From a virus (lineage: Duplodnaviria > Caudoviricetes), in IMG/VR virus record IMGVR_UViG_3300013126_000037, positions 1 through 57,240 of that record: DNA of 57,240 nucleotides, one strand, 5' to 3'. Positions 19,901-26,921 of the stretch are shown in pieces. The position numbers and the translations under genes were made by a program. The notes beneath the pieces were generated by a model. That model did not search any database and had not been told where the DNA came from. It worked only from the letters and a program-made list of their open reading frames with translations. Each line of letters opens with the position of its first letter. Position 1 is the stretch's first letter.

Positions 19901-22514
19901 CAAAGCACTAGAAGTCTATGCACTTACTGAACACCCATCATTTAAATCGTGGGCAACTGGCACAATGCTTGACAACTTGGAGTCCAGATCTTCTGGTACA
20001 GGACTAACGACAAGCCCACAGGTTAAACCCGAGCAATATAAAGCCCTTCGAGTGTTTGACGCTATGAAACTTAGACAAACATTGAAGTATCAAATGACCG
20101 ACCCAACCGAAGAAAATTATCAAACAGCAAAGCAATTGTATGGTGAAACACTAGGGTCACATTTGAACGATGCTCAACTAGACAAGTCGTTTGACAAGTT
20201 GACCAACAAGGGTGACGACGTTGCTCCAATATTGATGGAAGTAGATCGATACATTGATCAGTTCATGACAGAAGATATTGCCAAAATGACTAAGGTTTAC
20301 GACAGCCAATTACAGTCAGAGCAAAAAATAATTACTGGCGCACCATTTACCACATTGGCATTTGGTCCAGACGTCGATGGCGTGTTGTACGACACAATGC
20401 CTGGTATTCAAGTTCACGACCTTGTAACCGGGAACCATGTAAGAAAAAACCGAATGCAACAACCACGGTTTATTAAAATGGAGAACCCATTGGTTATTGA
20501 TGCTGGTAACACGGGTGTAAGCGTACCAATGCGCAACGATGCAATTAAAGATGCTGTTAAGGGCAAGCATGATGGCGTTGTATTTACTAACGTCGTTCAA
20601 TCAGCAATGAGTACTGAAACAACGGCAGTGGCATATACGCTTAACGATGCTAACGTTCGTGCTGCATCTAATATGCTTGGCGAGGCTAAAGATACTGAAA
20701 CCAAACCGTCAGCAAAAACAATAGAGGAATACACCGCAGATATTCCATTAAGCACTGAAGCTGCACCGATGGCTACACCAATTATGTATCAAGGCAAAGA
20801 GAATGCACCGCCTTTAGCAATATCCGTAGGTCAAGTCAAAGCCAATAAAACAATGGGTATGCAAGCATTAGACGGGCTTGACAGGCTTGAGCGTGAATGG
20901 CAGGGTTTTACTCGACTTAGCCTTGCAATGGACTTAGCGTATCCTGTCATCCAAGGTGGCAAGTATGCAATGGGAATATTTACGGGTAGGCCTTACGACA
21001 CAGTCATTTGGCTGAATGCATTCAAAAGTGCCTCTAAGGGACTAGCACCCAGGCTTGCGTTTACAGGTGAAAAAGGCAAGCAGCTTGGAGCGCACATGGG
21101 TCGCCGCGAATACATAAAGTTGTTTTTGGAAATCAGCAATGATCCGTTTTATGAGGTCATGAAAGAACTTGGTGTGCCATTAAACTTTTATAACTATGAG
21201 CGTGCAATACACAAAGCCAGACAACGTACATACCAAGAAGGTAAAGGCAAAGTTGCTTGGCAAGATGTGTATGTTGACTTAATGCAAATCAGTGAGGTTG
21301 GACACGTACAACAAGATATGGTCAAGGATGCAATGGTTAATAAATTACCAGTTGCTGGAATGGCTGAACGGTTTACGTCACTCAATCACGACATATTAAT
21401 GTTCAACTTGGTTAAATGGCAGCTGCAAAATAATCCGTTGTTAAAAGACGTTCCACTCAAAGACATTAAGTATCAACGATCCGCTAAGGAAGTTGCGAAC
21501 TTTGTTGCACTTAGCCTTGGTGACTTCCAATATTCAACCAATGAGGACATTGACATAATTGTTGGACGCGCCGCTAAATGGGTGTCCGTTGCACCACGTT
21601 GGCAACTAGCAAACTGGCTAATGAAACCACATTGGAACTACCTATTTGGCAACATGAAAATAACACGCAAGTTGCTTGGTGACAAAAACCGTGTGTTCAA
21701 TGCGGTTGCATCTAATCAGACTAACCCAGCGTTACGTAATTACCAATACAGCGTAATATACGGATCGATGATATTTGTTGCCGCTATGCAAGCGGCTGTT
21801 CATTATCTTGGTCAGTTGTTGTTTAAACGTGAGGATGTAAAAGCCGACCCAACAAAAATAGGTAAATTTAGAGTAGGCGATTGGGTTTATGCTGATAGCA
21901 GTGGCGTGTGGGATGACATCAATAAAATACGAACGGTTTACGATGCAATCAATAAACCAATCAAACAAGAAGAACGATTTGGTGACACTCCAGAATTAGA
22001 CTGGTTAGTTGGTGCTAGTAACCGCCTTGGTTACAACGTCAGTCCTGCAATTATCAAGATGATATTTGAACCATTGTCTGGCAAAGATGTTATTGGTCGA
22101 TCTGTTTACGAAACCGACGAGGAGTGGCGATATCTGTACGATAAAAAGATTAAACCGTCTGTTGCTTTTGCTCCTGAAAAATGGAACATGTCGCAATACA
22201 TAACATCGACATTCCCTACAGGTTTAAACGAAGTTGTAGACACAACATATGAAACAAGACACGAAAACAAGTCAGTTCAAGAAGCAGCTGTTTTGACTCA
22301 AGCAATAGCAAGTACTCTTGGTTCAAGATTGCAGTACGACAAGTACATTCCAGGGCGAATGATGAAACGCGAAAGAATTATTCGACAACATCAACGTAAC
22401 TGGCAAAATGCACCAAACGTATTAGATGTAATGTCTAAAGCAAACAAGAGTAATTCAAACATACTTGATAAGAGTATTGGGATAGTAAAAAAGACTACCA
22501 CTGGTAAGTACTAA
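7989..22514 (+). CDS. Giant (4841 aa) internal virion/ejection protein of polyvalent type
   Basis: Uninterrupted 14.5-kb ORF, last gene of the virion operon. Contains HELHH (HExxH) plus a downstream EEE, ART-PolyVal-like motifs (PSFKSW; FIKMENPLVID; GKHDGVVF) and a C-terminal 'SP...IFEPLSGKDVIGRSV' pattern like LPD38-type tails. Confidence 0.75.
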   Translation: MENQRLKQIVKDLGLTPDAKASRKKIESIATDQFVMSNEFRALLGGAKDSPAEFTALTGLTAKDTTALQNLRNSVSTRVRKTSPQKLGYGGVLMPSVEEAQASRQQAKRYGAAGIAAEQKIKSRGLFEQIPAYVQGFAGGAAADMAASKLKARGYDPALAYIQAGSETDYAKQLGAETGFTASKTFPSTAASVPTMGVGGAVGDVVTGALTSGITSVSPAWMRAIAGGVRFGGHLYGAIQGGHIGSTLAEKAQEALTSGNLTPEERGIGQSMFGEQTPGGKLGSTAATLSLFKPTIKLAGAPLRKLLPAVFQDYGSVARNPYMMASVKDLGTRGYFVAQAGQSVDQGNEAAIQQATKTLGYKPTDVEQLRPFGYKTQVEKLAEMGMMALLGGTTRLGSALGSLGHIDTTPRPKFNVNDIAQQVQDVRNKRTAEGNQEPVTPASGVATAGSFPRFETVEGGVPITVEERSGTDVGVSPTRKENFEVIQKFNATFGRNANKDVAFTPTSEGAQKLISMNADNDYNVLHRNADGTTEIRSYGWTELPQELKEQASRFFGTTTFIDRTTPAQEPFKYDPATTSEEAPGRDRRTYNTENDLRGVPVKDRAGNWKPDIYKLRKDGVDIPVRAVSDVDTRNDSVGVKTFSGNYYRVPISSLRDSANKPITRVKISAWPEQAYRKSYRPNDVVGDAVRFAESDWRISPDDREKVTAGDEESWKDSYDVDALEAEYSGAAERIEELQQIERGTVFADRYSGDRVVLLKHVDQTVEGRRMVGMLVYDVDSRVYEPYVMSYADATDVSEAVKIKESLKKTTEVEDGKVDNTDEGEDTGPEDGEGPGDGTDEGEGEGPEDEAGEGEGPGDGKVEGEDAESEDDAGEGPGSGADDIEPPRIASRGDSAVDFVKSQIVRYLKQKTNATRPTVTQEELESQDFIPQTLTQLKRFKDTGVRQGVNREIVDQAYSELEEDGIIVAPSPDGFDRDIARGANFDTAVEKLKFGVKTPRDASLSFGDKFGSKEIEPEENLPQRTQSSVGSATGEREEDYEWYRQTEGEELRTTASVTQEEIKSILKAYSPLESRPRVINVEHEFSASDGSKIVALLEAEGVSNEQDVVRVIQQRWNATEQQAKAIGRYVDAWATGWSMTVARMEGVNLNKRLMAVKTDAEKANDQLAFVKKGVVEQLKNSGVVLTPTRVAEIANEAIKNDGKVNVDGKQYNIPVIQEFKNFDQWKKDFREISIFNNTNANRQLLSDLKQVYYEQHLGSFMQLTAGAGRLFRPGTASYAHVSNAVKVLMNGTTAYAGRLIAVESTATLETMLHELHHALLESMPRAVYHEVLRHRFPSLAMVELKYGDNKGFLTTEQRKGVWINTSFEEEMVAALTNAVFTTDVNGYQFRYEFGNNAYEVHVAQAVVELGEFIRTQNAIVNELQANSADPSRTQWVMGNFYGRGDALDAKDMAGNVFNFEYTRGTTVTLTDNVTGSQRQGKVFEILGNERSPGIKRKLANIRITIKFNDGQQQTVPVLDVLNKSDVKTLKDQDTFDMSGIDLNTLADKSKYQIQRFGRINPQLEKAGDTVARIFGHYQKFVNQQIKDVAPLIPSSLSSEPQTDVFAQATPNKGYAYSAGYRWYVNAKTAAAEYGQTGRPQKGYYEGNMSDSRLAKRMRDSYLGWLDVGGYSSWAQTIGGDPTSSHELYRQTGPIPTGMSYDTMRLIYESANTKEQAWYANRGVSNVEAGTGESAETGITKVEGGEVDAGGGPAFELDFDVMSSPSAPSESQSETDINVDEGLKVDTEDINKYGSASERRFISRDTLTSKLASEDKVIAEAIMLKLTEGNDAAEIYNEKTKRTVGFYLAEYDAAGKESLIRRIARLFDAASTNGNGDDVALDYLASIKSDSAKVDAITTHIVDLLTDTNKRRADQNARFSAITRSRQEIARQSALNTIAGDIYNTLKAGIERKVSDSVMATVVDGEVNNAGLTFEQKQSALEDAKPDVIESLKSQYDGVLDEALITKMVDQSIERLLAAHIPTDAEANSAQELRQYEEEQLKLQLAIDRADNSGEQADFFKKQLNSVLEQSMSNKAKAASDAGLWRRVIANNIFGAYINNWVMKGFRMRVPEAMYLRYPLAKNTRVLDYLAGSFDVGKIRSGLSIADANLNKWGDMISGIPFITNTQYRQVEVLRTQWRQIMRNVYKAEFAKKDLSPAREITELNKLMDVFRDEYKIDERSNVKSGEVIEKNKDLILRILSKTNDPELKQRFLDWVYEYNKLASSSTYFDNVLQDLAEPKEKRKGYSTLRVESQQYDDLLNGKKVVYYVSNWGTLRESLAHVKAQQATIERTLDSWNPFGPKSTEFRYEFVQVVNTEVLKEVRNFILNTRQVTEGGVRYYIYDSYNEKQGLTPSDKLTFDEYTSVVMKLMRSTARNAVGQFFAQIDPTATIAPDITVKIKRAENDLDNDIAWKNTQPTASQHAEEALRRHTIYSMAAGIKNRGVYADQSARMIESAMQASRAVGNEPGKPWNTVEFNGVKYKTEESFNNAISAYDATGHAYIDVVDAVNDAIRIKKSGALESDAYGFTDLSLEQLDELASMAKGAERDQQGFDDFREYIEKTAYTRNVPGLLFRASMHERQSAYQPSVWSVGPDSKRTLRMLGIDVNDVEAQVKSNRALLERKRRQNSIARTVSNEINKDDESFTIEQGFTFDYLESMDADRADRVEFFNLFNTINASNSGILTKEFSESFIRDLSNRPFVMKIGVEKATSAADYLTFNQTIEAINRLSSEIGDYKQMLKINPGDKDITERMNQAVQDRVELNKRYRESFDKFEKQNDPMFRLIGKKIDALTLLAENFADGLGLKGNARLEKIGELTGVLYDLAVDLQGAKQNVDMKESERRRFFIANLLRNSGARNARTLFMASTFAGYSESVIVRGTLDRSFPPDTTLREALNETLKDSGLTLDELVIGLAFTSEKITSEVQSIISEPGEYEAFIKRVAANRDLWNGTKEKKGYLDQPVSDIQANKELLKVMNNEIRTTEFLINKIVENYRKPANAATDMSMLYEQLAKSVTPLEDMVLEMKRQHVLKNGMTAQESFSTAVMNATQRGTGEVQSAIKSALKRQSDVENAQMQTHMDEARLNQDGHYNLVARGMQRVLKDIERMEDAFSFLSKDKKSIPVDTSQVNAQLKQHGDYVSFIVLDEHVKGATSQSWLSLRGQRILVPSSFYNATTGRVTFKSNHSFLPNNLTPMEKQAYILTSWFVENNAVDGLPIGRALSENVRNLFSRAISDFDTSKQAERQFKATVLHYTNDVLNSLVMRFPLRNENLRYTNTGTITIKDQVPSDVPKKIQSWLANNDVNWFRYSTKARNFNFEQLLTRLRADGIEVSYLSNKDLWALTEKQGAASNRYSVWKELVDARDKYIVDPLKSRLESSSKLMSQMSLHELNMELRDSGWTNTDRAAFFADYWHITQTRQGNIPRDYMIATGEFPTREAIRQYVDKTMQGKSEDERLLAYTEQVKNLDALEQMIATAGYEATVKTSSITQAEVRYNNDPNSSYVLTGIMRDVQADALDGEQQQVRETLLSQTELLTGNAKSVMSDLLTQVGELKTEAKSLMTEFLNNPEKLNIKNITDILITGSQPAGARNIKVPSLKGKTTELESETRRMAVHVEVSATNNLKTLQENLKDGPLSLEISRNLAELGVNVGRGRVKIQDLITGHSSFVPTRTMTTAQQQQVQLISSKVKAYVQAQARVLIGARLELLRSMNDFAYVGYEYRQNGPSVDVYEQGVKKYTIDYKNGKVSTINHEEILAIGSKTSPSEWSSVLNGLDEGFQNQVKTLDIAQLKQLDLMITIAKRPGEAYIGGSIETHADAVKTLIESIRTNAKAVPAVYWHGIAKMQRPEEPGAEMYTQPAMSPARVDMEYGTIDPSTRRTFVNPVIDKWLHSSTGQPQRVVLNHNNEVGRDEYGYTVYREDGNRSHIYRNLVESGLSRNKALEVYALTEHPSFKSWATGTMLDNLESRSSGTGLTTSPQVKPEQYKALRVFDAMKLRQTLKYQMTDPTEENYQTAKQLYGETLGSHLNDAQLDKSFDKLTNKGDDVAPILMEVDRYIDQFMTEDIAKMTKVYDSQLQSEQKIITGAPFTTLAFGPDVDGVLYDTMPGIQVHDLVTGNHVRKNRMQQPRFIKMENPLVIDAGNTGVSVPMRNDAIKDAVKGKHDGVVFTNVVQSAMSTETTAVAYTLNDANVRAASNMLGEAKDTETKPSAKTIEEYTADIPLSTEAAPMATPIMYQGKENAPPLAISVGQVKANKTMGMQALDGLDRLEREWQGFTRLSLAMDLAYPVIQGGKYAMGIFTGRPYDTVIWLNAFKSASKGLAPRLAFTGEKGKQLGAHMGRREYIKLFLEISNDPFYEVMKELGVPLNFYNYERAIHKARQRTYQEGKGKVAWQDVYVDLMQISEVGHVQQDMVKDAMVNKLPVAGMAERFTSLNHDILMFNLVKWQLQNNPLLKDVPLKDIKYQRSAKEVANFVALSLGDFQYSTNEDIDIIVGRAAKWVSVAPRWQLANWLMKPHWNYLFGNMKITRKLLGDKNRVFNAVASNQTNPALRNYQYSVIYGSMIFVAAMQAAVHYLGQLLFKREDVKADPTKIGKFRVGDWVYADSSGVWDDINKIRTVYDAINKPIKQEERFGDTPELDWLVGASNRLGYNVSPAIIKMIFEPLSGKDVIGRSVYETDEEWRYLYDKKIKPSVAFAPEKWNMSQYITSTFPTGLNEVVDTTYETRHENKSVQEAAVLTQAIASTLGSRLQYDKYIPGRMMKRERIIRQHQRNWQNAPNVLDVMSKANKSNSNILDKSIGIVKKTTTGKY
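10440..10635 (+). repeat. Low-complexity acidic GEGEGP(E/G)D linker repeats within the giant protein
   Basis: Recurrent GAAGGTGAA / GAAGGCCC units encoding G/E/D/P. Confidence 0.8.
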
Positions 22515-22516
22515 AT

Positions 22517-22558
22517 AATTAAACACGCCCACCTGATAAAAGTTGGGCGTGTTTAATT
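22517..22558. terminator. Hairpin between convergent operons (probable bidirectional terminator)
   Basis: 15-bp perfect inverted repeat AATTAAACACGCCCA / TGGGCGTGTTTAATT between the stop codons at 22514 (+) and 22565 (-). Confidence 0.8.
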
Positions 22559-22564
22559 GTGTGT

Positions 22565-22834
22565 TTAATTAACGACGGAGTTTGCACGCACTACATATGG
22601 AACGTAATGCTGCTTAACGCCTTCCACAATTGCGTACTTATCGCCAGTCATGTAGTCAACTGCAAGTGTGGCTTGCTTGACTTCCCCAGTGCTGGTTAGG
22701 AATTCTAGTGTTTCACCAGCACGTTTATATATCGTCTTCTTGTATTTGTCACTAATACTGCTCACAAGCATTGCAGTAATGATAAACCAAACGCTGCTAG
22801 TTGCTAACACAGTGCAGATTATAATTGTCAACAT
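22565..22834 (-). CDS. Hypothetical protein with N-terminal transmembrane segment
   Basis: Hydrophobic residues 1-27; overlaps the upstream gene end; last gene of the leftward operon. Confidence 0.6.
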   Translation of the reverse strand: MLTIIICTVLATSSVWFIITAMLVSSISDKYKKTIYKRAGETLEFLTSTGEVKQATLAVDYMTGDKYAIVEGVKQHYVPYVVRANSVVN

Positions 22835-23130
22835 TCCTCATCTCCTTCCAAGTCAACTGTCACTCCGGGTTCAAGTTGTACTTTTGTGTCACCAACCCAT
22901 GTTGGTAACTCATCATAATTGATTTTTAATAAGTTTAACTTAAGTGCTGCATGATTAAGTGTGGTAACACCAAGTATTGATTTGACGTTCCTTAGTATTA
23001 CACTGTGCTGATGTGCACTCACTTTAAGTTGTTTCCTAGCTTCCTTACCGTCCTTGGCAAGAAGGGTAACTATGACTACCCATCTGTGCCAAGGACTCAC
23101 CTTTTTAATCACAGTAAATCTCCATCCCAA
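22828..23130 (-). CDS. Divergent LuxR-type HTH protein
   Basis: 'SPWHRWVV..LL...KEARKQLKVSAHQHSVILRNVKSILGV' follows LuxR C-terminal HTH spacing. Confidence 0.45.
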   Translation of the reverse strand: MGWRFTVIKKVSPWHRWVVIVTLLAKDGKEARKQLKVSAHQHSVILRNVKSILGVTTLNHAALKLNLLKINYDELPTWVGDTKVQLEPGVTVDLEGDEEC

Positions 23131-24431
23131 CTGTGAAACTTCGGAACTGTCGGAAGGAATGTCAGTTTGACTGACCCAACTTGACCGTTCCGATTCTTGG
23201 CAACAATGAACTCCGCGTCCTCTGTTTCAAGTTCCTGCCGCTCATCCGGTGTTGCATAGTACATTGGTCGGTACAAGAAACAGATTTTGTCTGCGTCAAA
23301 CTCAATGCCGCCAGCCTCACGCAAGTCAGACATGATTGGGCGCTTATCGTCACGCTTCTCGACACCTCGGTTCAAACTGGCTAACGCAATGATTGTCGTG
23401 TCAAGTTCTTTGGCAAGAGCTTTTAACCCACGGCTAACGGCATCTAGCTCGTTGCTCCGATTGTCTCCACCTTTGGTTGTTATCATCTGTAGATAATCAA
23501 CAACCACGAGATCGAGCGTCCCGCACTTAGCCTTGACTTGCACTGCCCTATTCTGAAGTATCTGTAACGTACAAGGACTATCGTCAGACAGATACAACGG
23601 CAATCCCTTGTATGTCTTGATTACACCCTTTGCACTTGCTATTTCAGATGGATAAAGAACAGTTGTCTGTAATCTGCGACTGTTAATACCAGTCTCCATC
23701 GCAAGCAACCGTTGCACTAAGTCATCTAGCCCCATCTCAATACTCATAAATAGCGTGGCATGATTTTGACGTGCGGCATTTACAGCCATCTGCATAGCCA
23801 AGGCTGACTTACCCATCGATGGGCGAGCGCCTAGGATGATTAACTCACGTGACTTCCATCCGCCGATAAGAAAGTCAATTGCTTCAAACCCTGTAGATAT
23901 GACATGGGTTTCCGCATCAGTCCTGGACTCCATGTTAGTTACATTAGATTCCAGCACATCAGCAACATGCTTGACCTTTAGACTAGTGGATTCGAGTGAC
24001 CCATGCATGTCAGTCGTTGTTGCCTTGGCTTTCTCTATGTCGCCATCCTCAGCAAGTTGAGCTGCCCGTATGTATGACTCCATCATGTGACGCTGATTGG
24101 ATACCGTCTTTACTCGCTCAGCGTAGTACATGACGTTTGCAGTTGTCGGTACAAAGTCACCAATCTGCATAAGGTAAGCAAGCCCACCAACCTTTGATAA
24201 ATCATCGTCTTCGCTTAGCATGGCGTTAAGAGACACTATGTCAATGGGGTCATTGTAGTCATGCAGTGACTTCATTGCGTCAAAGATGATGCTATGAGCA
24301 AACCTGTAGAAGTCGATGGGCTTTAGGATGCTCATCACGTCAGATAACTTTCGGTTATCCAACATGATGGCTCCTAGCACCGCCATCTCAGCCTCAATGT
24401 CGTGAGGCACTTTAACGTCGACTACATTCAT
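23109..24431 (-). CDS. dnaB: Replicative DNA helicase DnaB
   Basis: PHDIEAEMAVLG N-terminus, Walker A GARPSMGKS, VVVDYLQ, LNRGVEKR.DKRP..SDLRE.G.IE.DAD, AKNRNG. Confidence 0.97.
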   Translation of the reverse strand: MNVVDVKVPHDIEAEMAVLGAIMLDNRKLSDVMSILKPIDFYRFAHSIIFDAMKSLHDYNDPIDIVSLNAMLSEDDDLSKVGGLAYLMQIGDFVPTTANVMYYAERVKTVSNQRHMMESYIRAAQLAEDGDIEKAKATTTDMHGSLESTSLKVKHVADVLESNVTNMESRTDAETHVISTGFEAIDFLIGGWKSRELIILGARPSMGKSALAMQMAVNAARQNHATLFMSIEMGLDDLVQRLLAMETGINSRRLQTTVLYPSEIASAKGVIKTYKGLPLYLSDDSPCTLQILQNRAVQVKAKCGTLDLVVVDYLQMITTKGGDNRSNELDAVSRGLKALAKELDTTIIALASLNRGVEKRDDKRPIMSDLREAGGIEFDADKICFLYRPMYYATPDERQELETEDAEFIVAKNRNGQVGSVKLTFLPTVPKFHSWDGDLL

Positions 24432-24964
24432 CTCTCTGCCAAAGCCTTAACCATCTGTGTTCCTTCTTCAAGCAACAATGGGTTTTCTGGAGCAGATGTA
24501 ATCAATGAGTCCAACTGATATGAAGACCAGTTGTCCTTGATAAAGTCATGGACAAACTGAAGATTGTAGTCGGTTGACTTACTTCCAAACGACATCCATC
24601 CACCAGCACGTTCAATGATTTGCTTTGCGTATGGCGGTAGTTTGCCAGCATCGATTGAGTCCTCAATGAGTTTGTTCCGTTTCTCTGAATCAAATGCGAT
24701 AGCAATGATGCGGCTGATCTCATTGTGGATTGCATGTGCATTCAAGTTTGGAGCAACCAACTTAATGGCAATAGTTCGCAGCTCAGATACGGATGGGCGC
24801 CACTCGCAGTTGAGCAACACATGCCGTGTAACAAGCCCAACAACCGCATCATCCCAACCCTTCATTGCAATGGCATACATCGTTGCTACGTCATCGTTCC
24901 AAGGAACATTTGATGGCAACATGCTCAACACACTGCACACACCAGCAAAAACCTGTTTATTCAT
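24428..24964 (-). CDS. Putative helicase loader/inhibitor (SPP1 G39P-like)
   Basis: Located between the initiator and dnaB; 'WRPSVSELR' and 'GGW' motifs resemble this class. Confidence 0.6.
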   Translation of the reverse strand: MNKQVFAGVCSVLSMLPSNVPWNDDVATMYAIAMKGWDDAVVGLVTRHVLLNCEWRPSVSELRTIAIKLVAPNLNAHAIHNEISRIIAIAFDSEKRNKLIEDSIDAGKLPPYAKQIIERAGGWMSFGSKSTDYNLQFVHDFIKDNWSSYQLDSLITSAPENPLLLEEGTQMVKALAER

Positions 24965-24983
24965 TCAAACCTCCGATTCCTTT

Positions 24984-25808
24984 TTATCCTTCACCAAACA
25001 ATTTGTCCAGAGTTGTAAACACCCTGTTTGCCTGACGCATATTTGTTTCCACGACAGAAACATCAGTTGGTTCTGCTGTAGCCCAATGTTTCCATAGAGC
25101 GTGCAAAGTAACCATGTGTGCCTTCTGCCATTTACCAATCAGGCACTTTGTCCTGGCAGCCAACTCATCGGGAGACACTCCGTGATGAACCATCTGCCTC
25201 AAAACAATATGCACTCCCTGCCATTCACCAATGGTGAACAATGACGCTCTGGCTTCCGACATAAACGATGTTCGATAGGCGATAAACAATGCCTTTGCGG
25301 GATCTTCGTCAGTTGGAAGTTTGATTGTCCGTTTGCGTGTCCCCCGTTGGGGGACTATAGGGGGTATATATTCTTCTTTATGTATATTCTTCAATGTAAT
25401 GGGGGTGTTGATTTCTGCACCCTCCCCCCTGTTGATTTCTGCACCCTCCCCCTCTGTTGCTGCACTAAAACCATCAGGCAAGATGATGTAGCCATTGCTT
25501 GTCTGCCTTCCGCACATCGCATGTCTTGTGTCTACACGAAGCACGGTATAAGCCCGTGTGGTGACCGTAGAGAGACTTTTGATGCACTGACTGACTAATC
25601 TGCTACTCATGCCAGTTTCGTTGGCTATGGTGGCAATTGAAGGGCAACTGAACCCCGTCTCGTCAGCGTGTAATGACAAGCATGTCAGCACCATCCATTC
25701 GCTCGGTGTAAAGTCCTTCAGACAAGTAAGGAGTTCGTGATGTAGCACCACGAACCCCTTGCTTAACCGCTTCTTGTTGATTGAACTACCCTGAAACAAC
25801 CCAATCAT
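24984..25808 (-). CDS. Replication initiator (N-terminal winged HTH, lambda O-like architecture)
   Basis: 'L..HAD..G.SCPSIATIA.ETGMS.R.V...IK.L' HTH_36-like motif, 'SNGY.I', internal iteron repeats, upstream of loader and dnaB. Confidence 0.85.
   Translation of the reverse strand: MIGLFQGSSINKKRLSKGFVVLHHELLTCLKDFTPSEWMVLTCLSLHADETGFSCPSIATIANETGMSSRLVSQCIKSLSTVTTRAYTVLRVDTRHAMCGRQTSNGYIILPDGFSAATEGEGAEINRGEGAEINTPITLKNIHKEEYIPPIVPQRGTRKRTIKLPTDEDPAKALFIAYRTSFMSEARASLFTIGEWQGVHIVLRQMVHHGVSPDELAARTKCLIGKWQKAHMVTLHALWKHWATAEPTDVSVVETNMRQANRVFTTLDKLFGEG
25407..25465. repeat. Iteron-like 24-bp tandem repeats (putative replication origin)
   Basis: GTTGATTTCTGCACCCTCCCCC at 25407 and 25431, partial GTTGCTGCAC at 25456, next to an AT-rich patch at 25365-25400 inside the initiator gene. 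Confidence 0.75.
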
Positions 25809-26377
25809 TTTTCTCTATGATAAGGACAATAGGCACAAAGTTTTACGTCATTGGTAAGCAAGCACACTGCTGTGTCAAGAACTTGATTTGCAACAGTTGT
25901 GCTCAGCCCTACAGGAACAGGCACGCTATCGCTGATGCTCTTCTCTGTCACAGGCGTTCCCCTTACAACCTCCGTCAATGTGTCTACCGTCCACTCCTTT
26001 CGTTCTGCTTCGTCAAGTAATTTTCGTTGCTCTTCCACATCAAGTTTGCTTACAGCTCGATGATGTGTCCAAGACAGATTTGCGTTTCTGTTTTCTGGAG
26101 GAACAGATCGAGCAACCCATGCAAAGTTAGCAAGGGCGCTGTAAGTAAGCTTAGTGCTTTCAAGAGCTTGACTATACTTCTCGCCGTATCGCGTGTTGCC
26201 ATAGTTCAAGGCATCGCCGAGCATCCACTGTATCGCACCGTTCATTGTGTACAAGCGATTAAGCAGAACCTCCCATTGGTCAAATGAGAGGTCTGCGGTA
26301 AACGCTAATCCAGTTGGTGTGCCGTGAACTCCATCAGGGAATTCCTTAATCTTGCTCAGTTCGCTCATCAGACTCAT
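25805..26377 (-). CDS. LmbU-like DNA-binding protein
   Basis: 'W.LGD.LNYG..RYGEKY..A', 'WVAR.....R...LSW.HH..V', 'L..A....WT...L' pattern. Confidence 0.7.
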   Translation of the reverse strand: MSLMSELSKIKEFPDGVHGTPTGLAFTADLSFDQWEVLLNRLYTMNGAIQWMLGDALNYGNTRYGEKYSQALESTKLTYSALANFAWVARSVPPENRNANLSWTHHRAVSKLDVEEQRKLLDEAERKEWTVDTLTEVVRGTPVTEKSISDSVPVPVGLSTTVANQVLDTAVCLLTNDVKLCAYCPYHREK

Positions 26378-26921
26378 CCTTTGTGATGCCAGTGAACGTC
26401 ACCGATTCCCCGCCAAGCTCAATGCGTAGTCCCTTTGGCATGAAATCAACGATTTTCAGCCATCGTTCTACTTGTTCCTTAGGCAGCTTGCTGACTAACA
26501 CTGACTGCTTGACGGCTTCAGGTGCATGCTTCAGTGCCCAAGGCGTGAACAAGTCTTGGTCTTCAATGACGAGTTTGTCCTTTGTTGTCCTAAAAGAAAC
26601 TTTTCCGTAGGGTGACGTGTAAGTCTTACTCCCCTTAAGCAACAATGACTTAGCCACATCTGCGGCGCTTACACCGTAACGAAGGTCTAGCCACTTCATG
26701 CGTGACTCAAGTCTTTTGATGCGTGCTTCGCAGTTAGCAACGATTGACTTCATCATCAGGCGCTCAGCTGCAATCTTTGATTCAGTTTCAAGCATGCGTT
26801 TCTGCAATATCCACAGTTGCTTTTCATCCTCAACATGACCATCAATCTGCCATCCTTGGATACCAACAACTTCGCCCGTCTCGGTGTCGATAATCCAATC
26901 GTCTTCAATTACAGTTGCCAT
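26346..26921 (-). CDS. Host-nuclease inhibitor Gam-like / Gp157-like protein
   Basis: Coiled coil followed by 'KTYTSPYGKVSFRT' as in the Mu Gam family; adjacent to the putative SSAP. Confidence 0.65.
   Translation of the reverse strand: MATVIEDDWIIDTETGEVVGIQGWQIDGHVEDEKQLWILQKRMLETESKIAAERLMMKSIVANCEARIKRLESRMKWLDLRYGVSAADVAKSLLLKGSKTYTSPYGKVSFRTTKDKLVIEDQDLFTPWALKHAPEAVKQSVLVSKLPKEQVERWLKIVDFMPKGLRIELGGESVTFTGITKDESDERTEQD

Noticed and set aside
7989-22514. Virion RNA polymerase (N4-like or crAss-like)
   Set aside because: Size and position fit, but I found neither a DxDGD/DFDID metal-binding motif nor a T7/N4-type motif A. A structure-based search is needed to exclude it fully.
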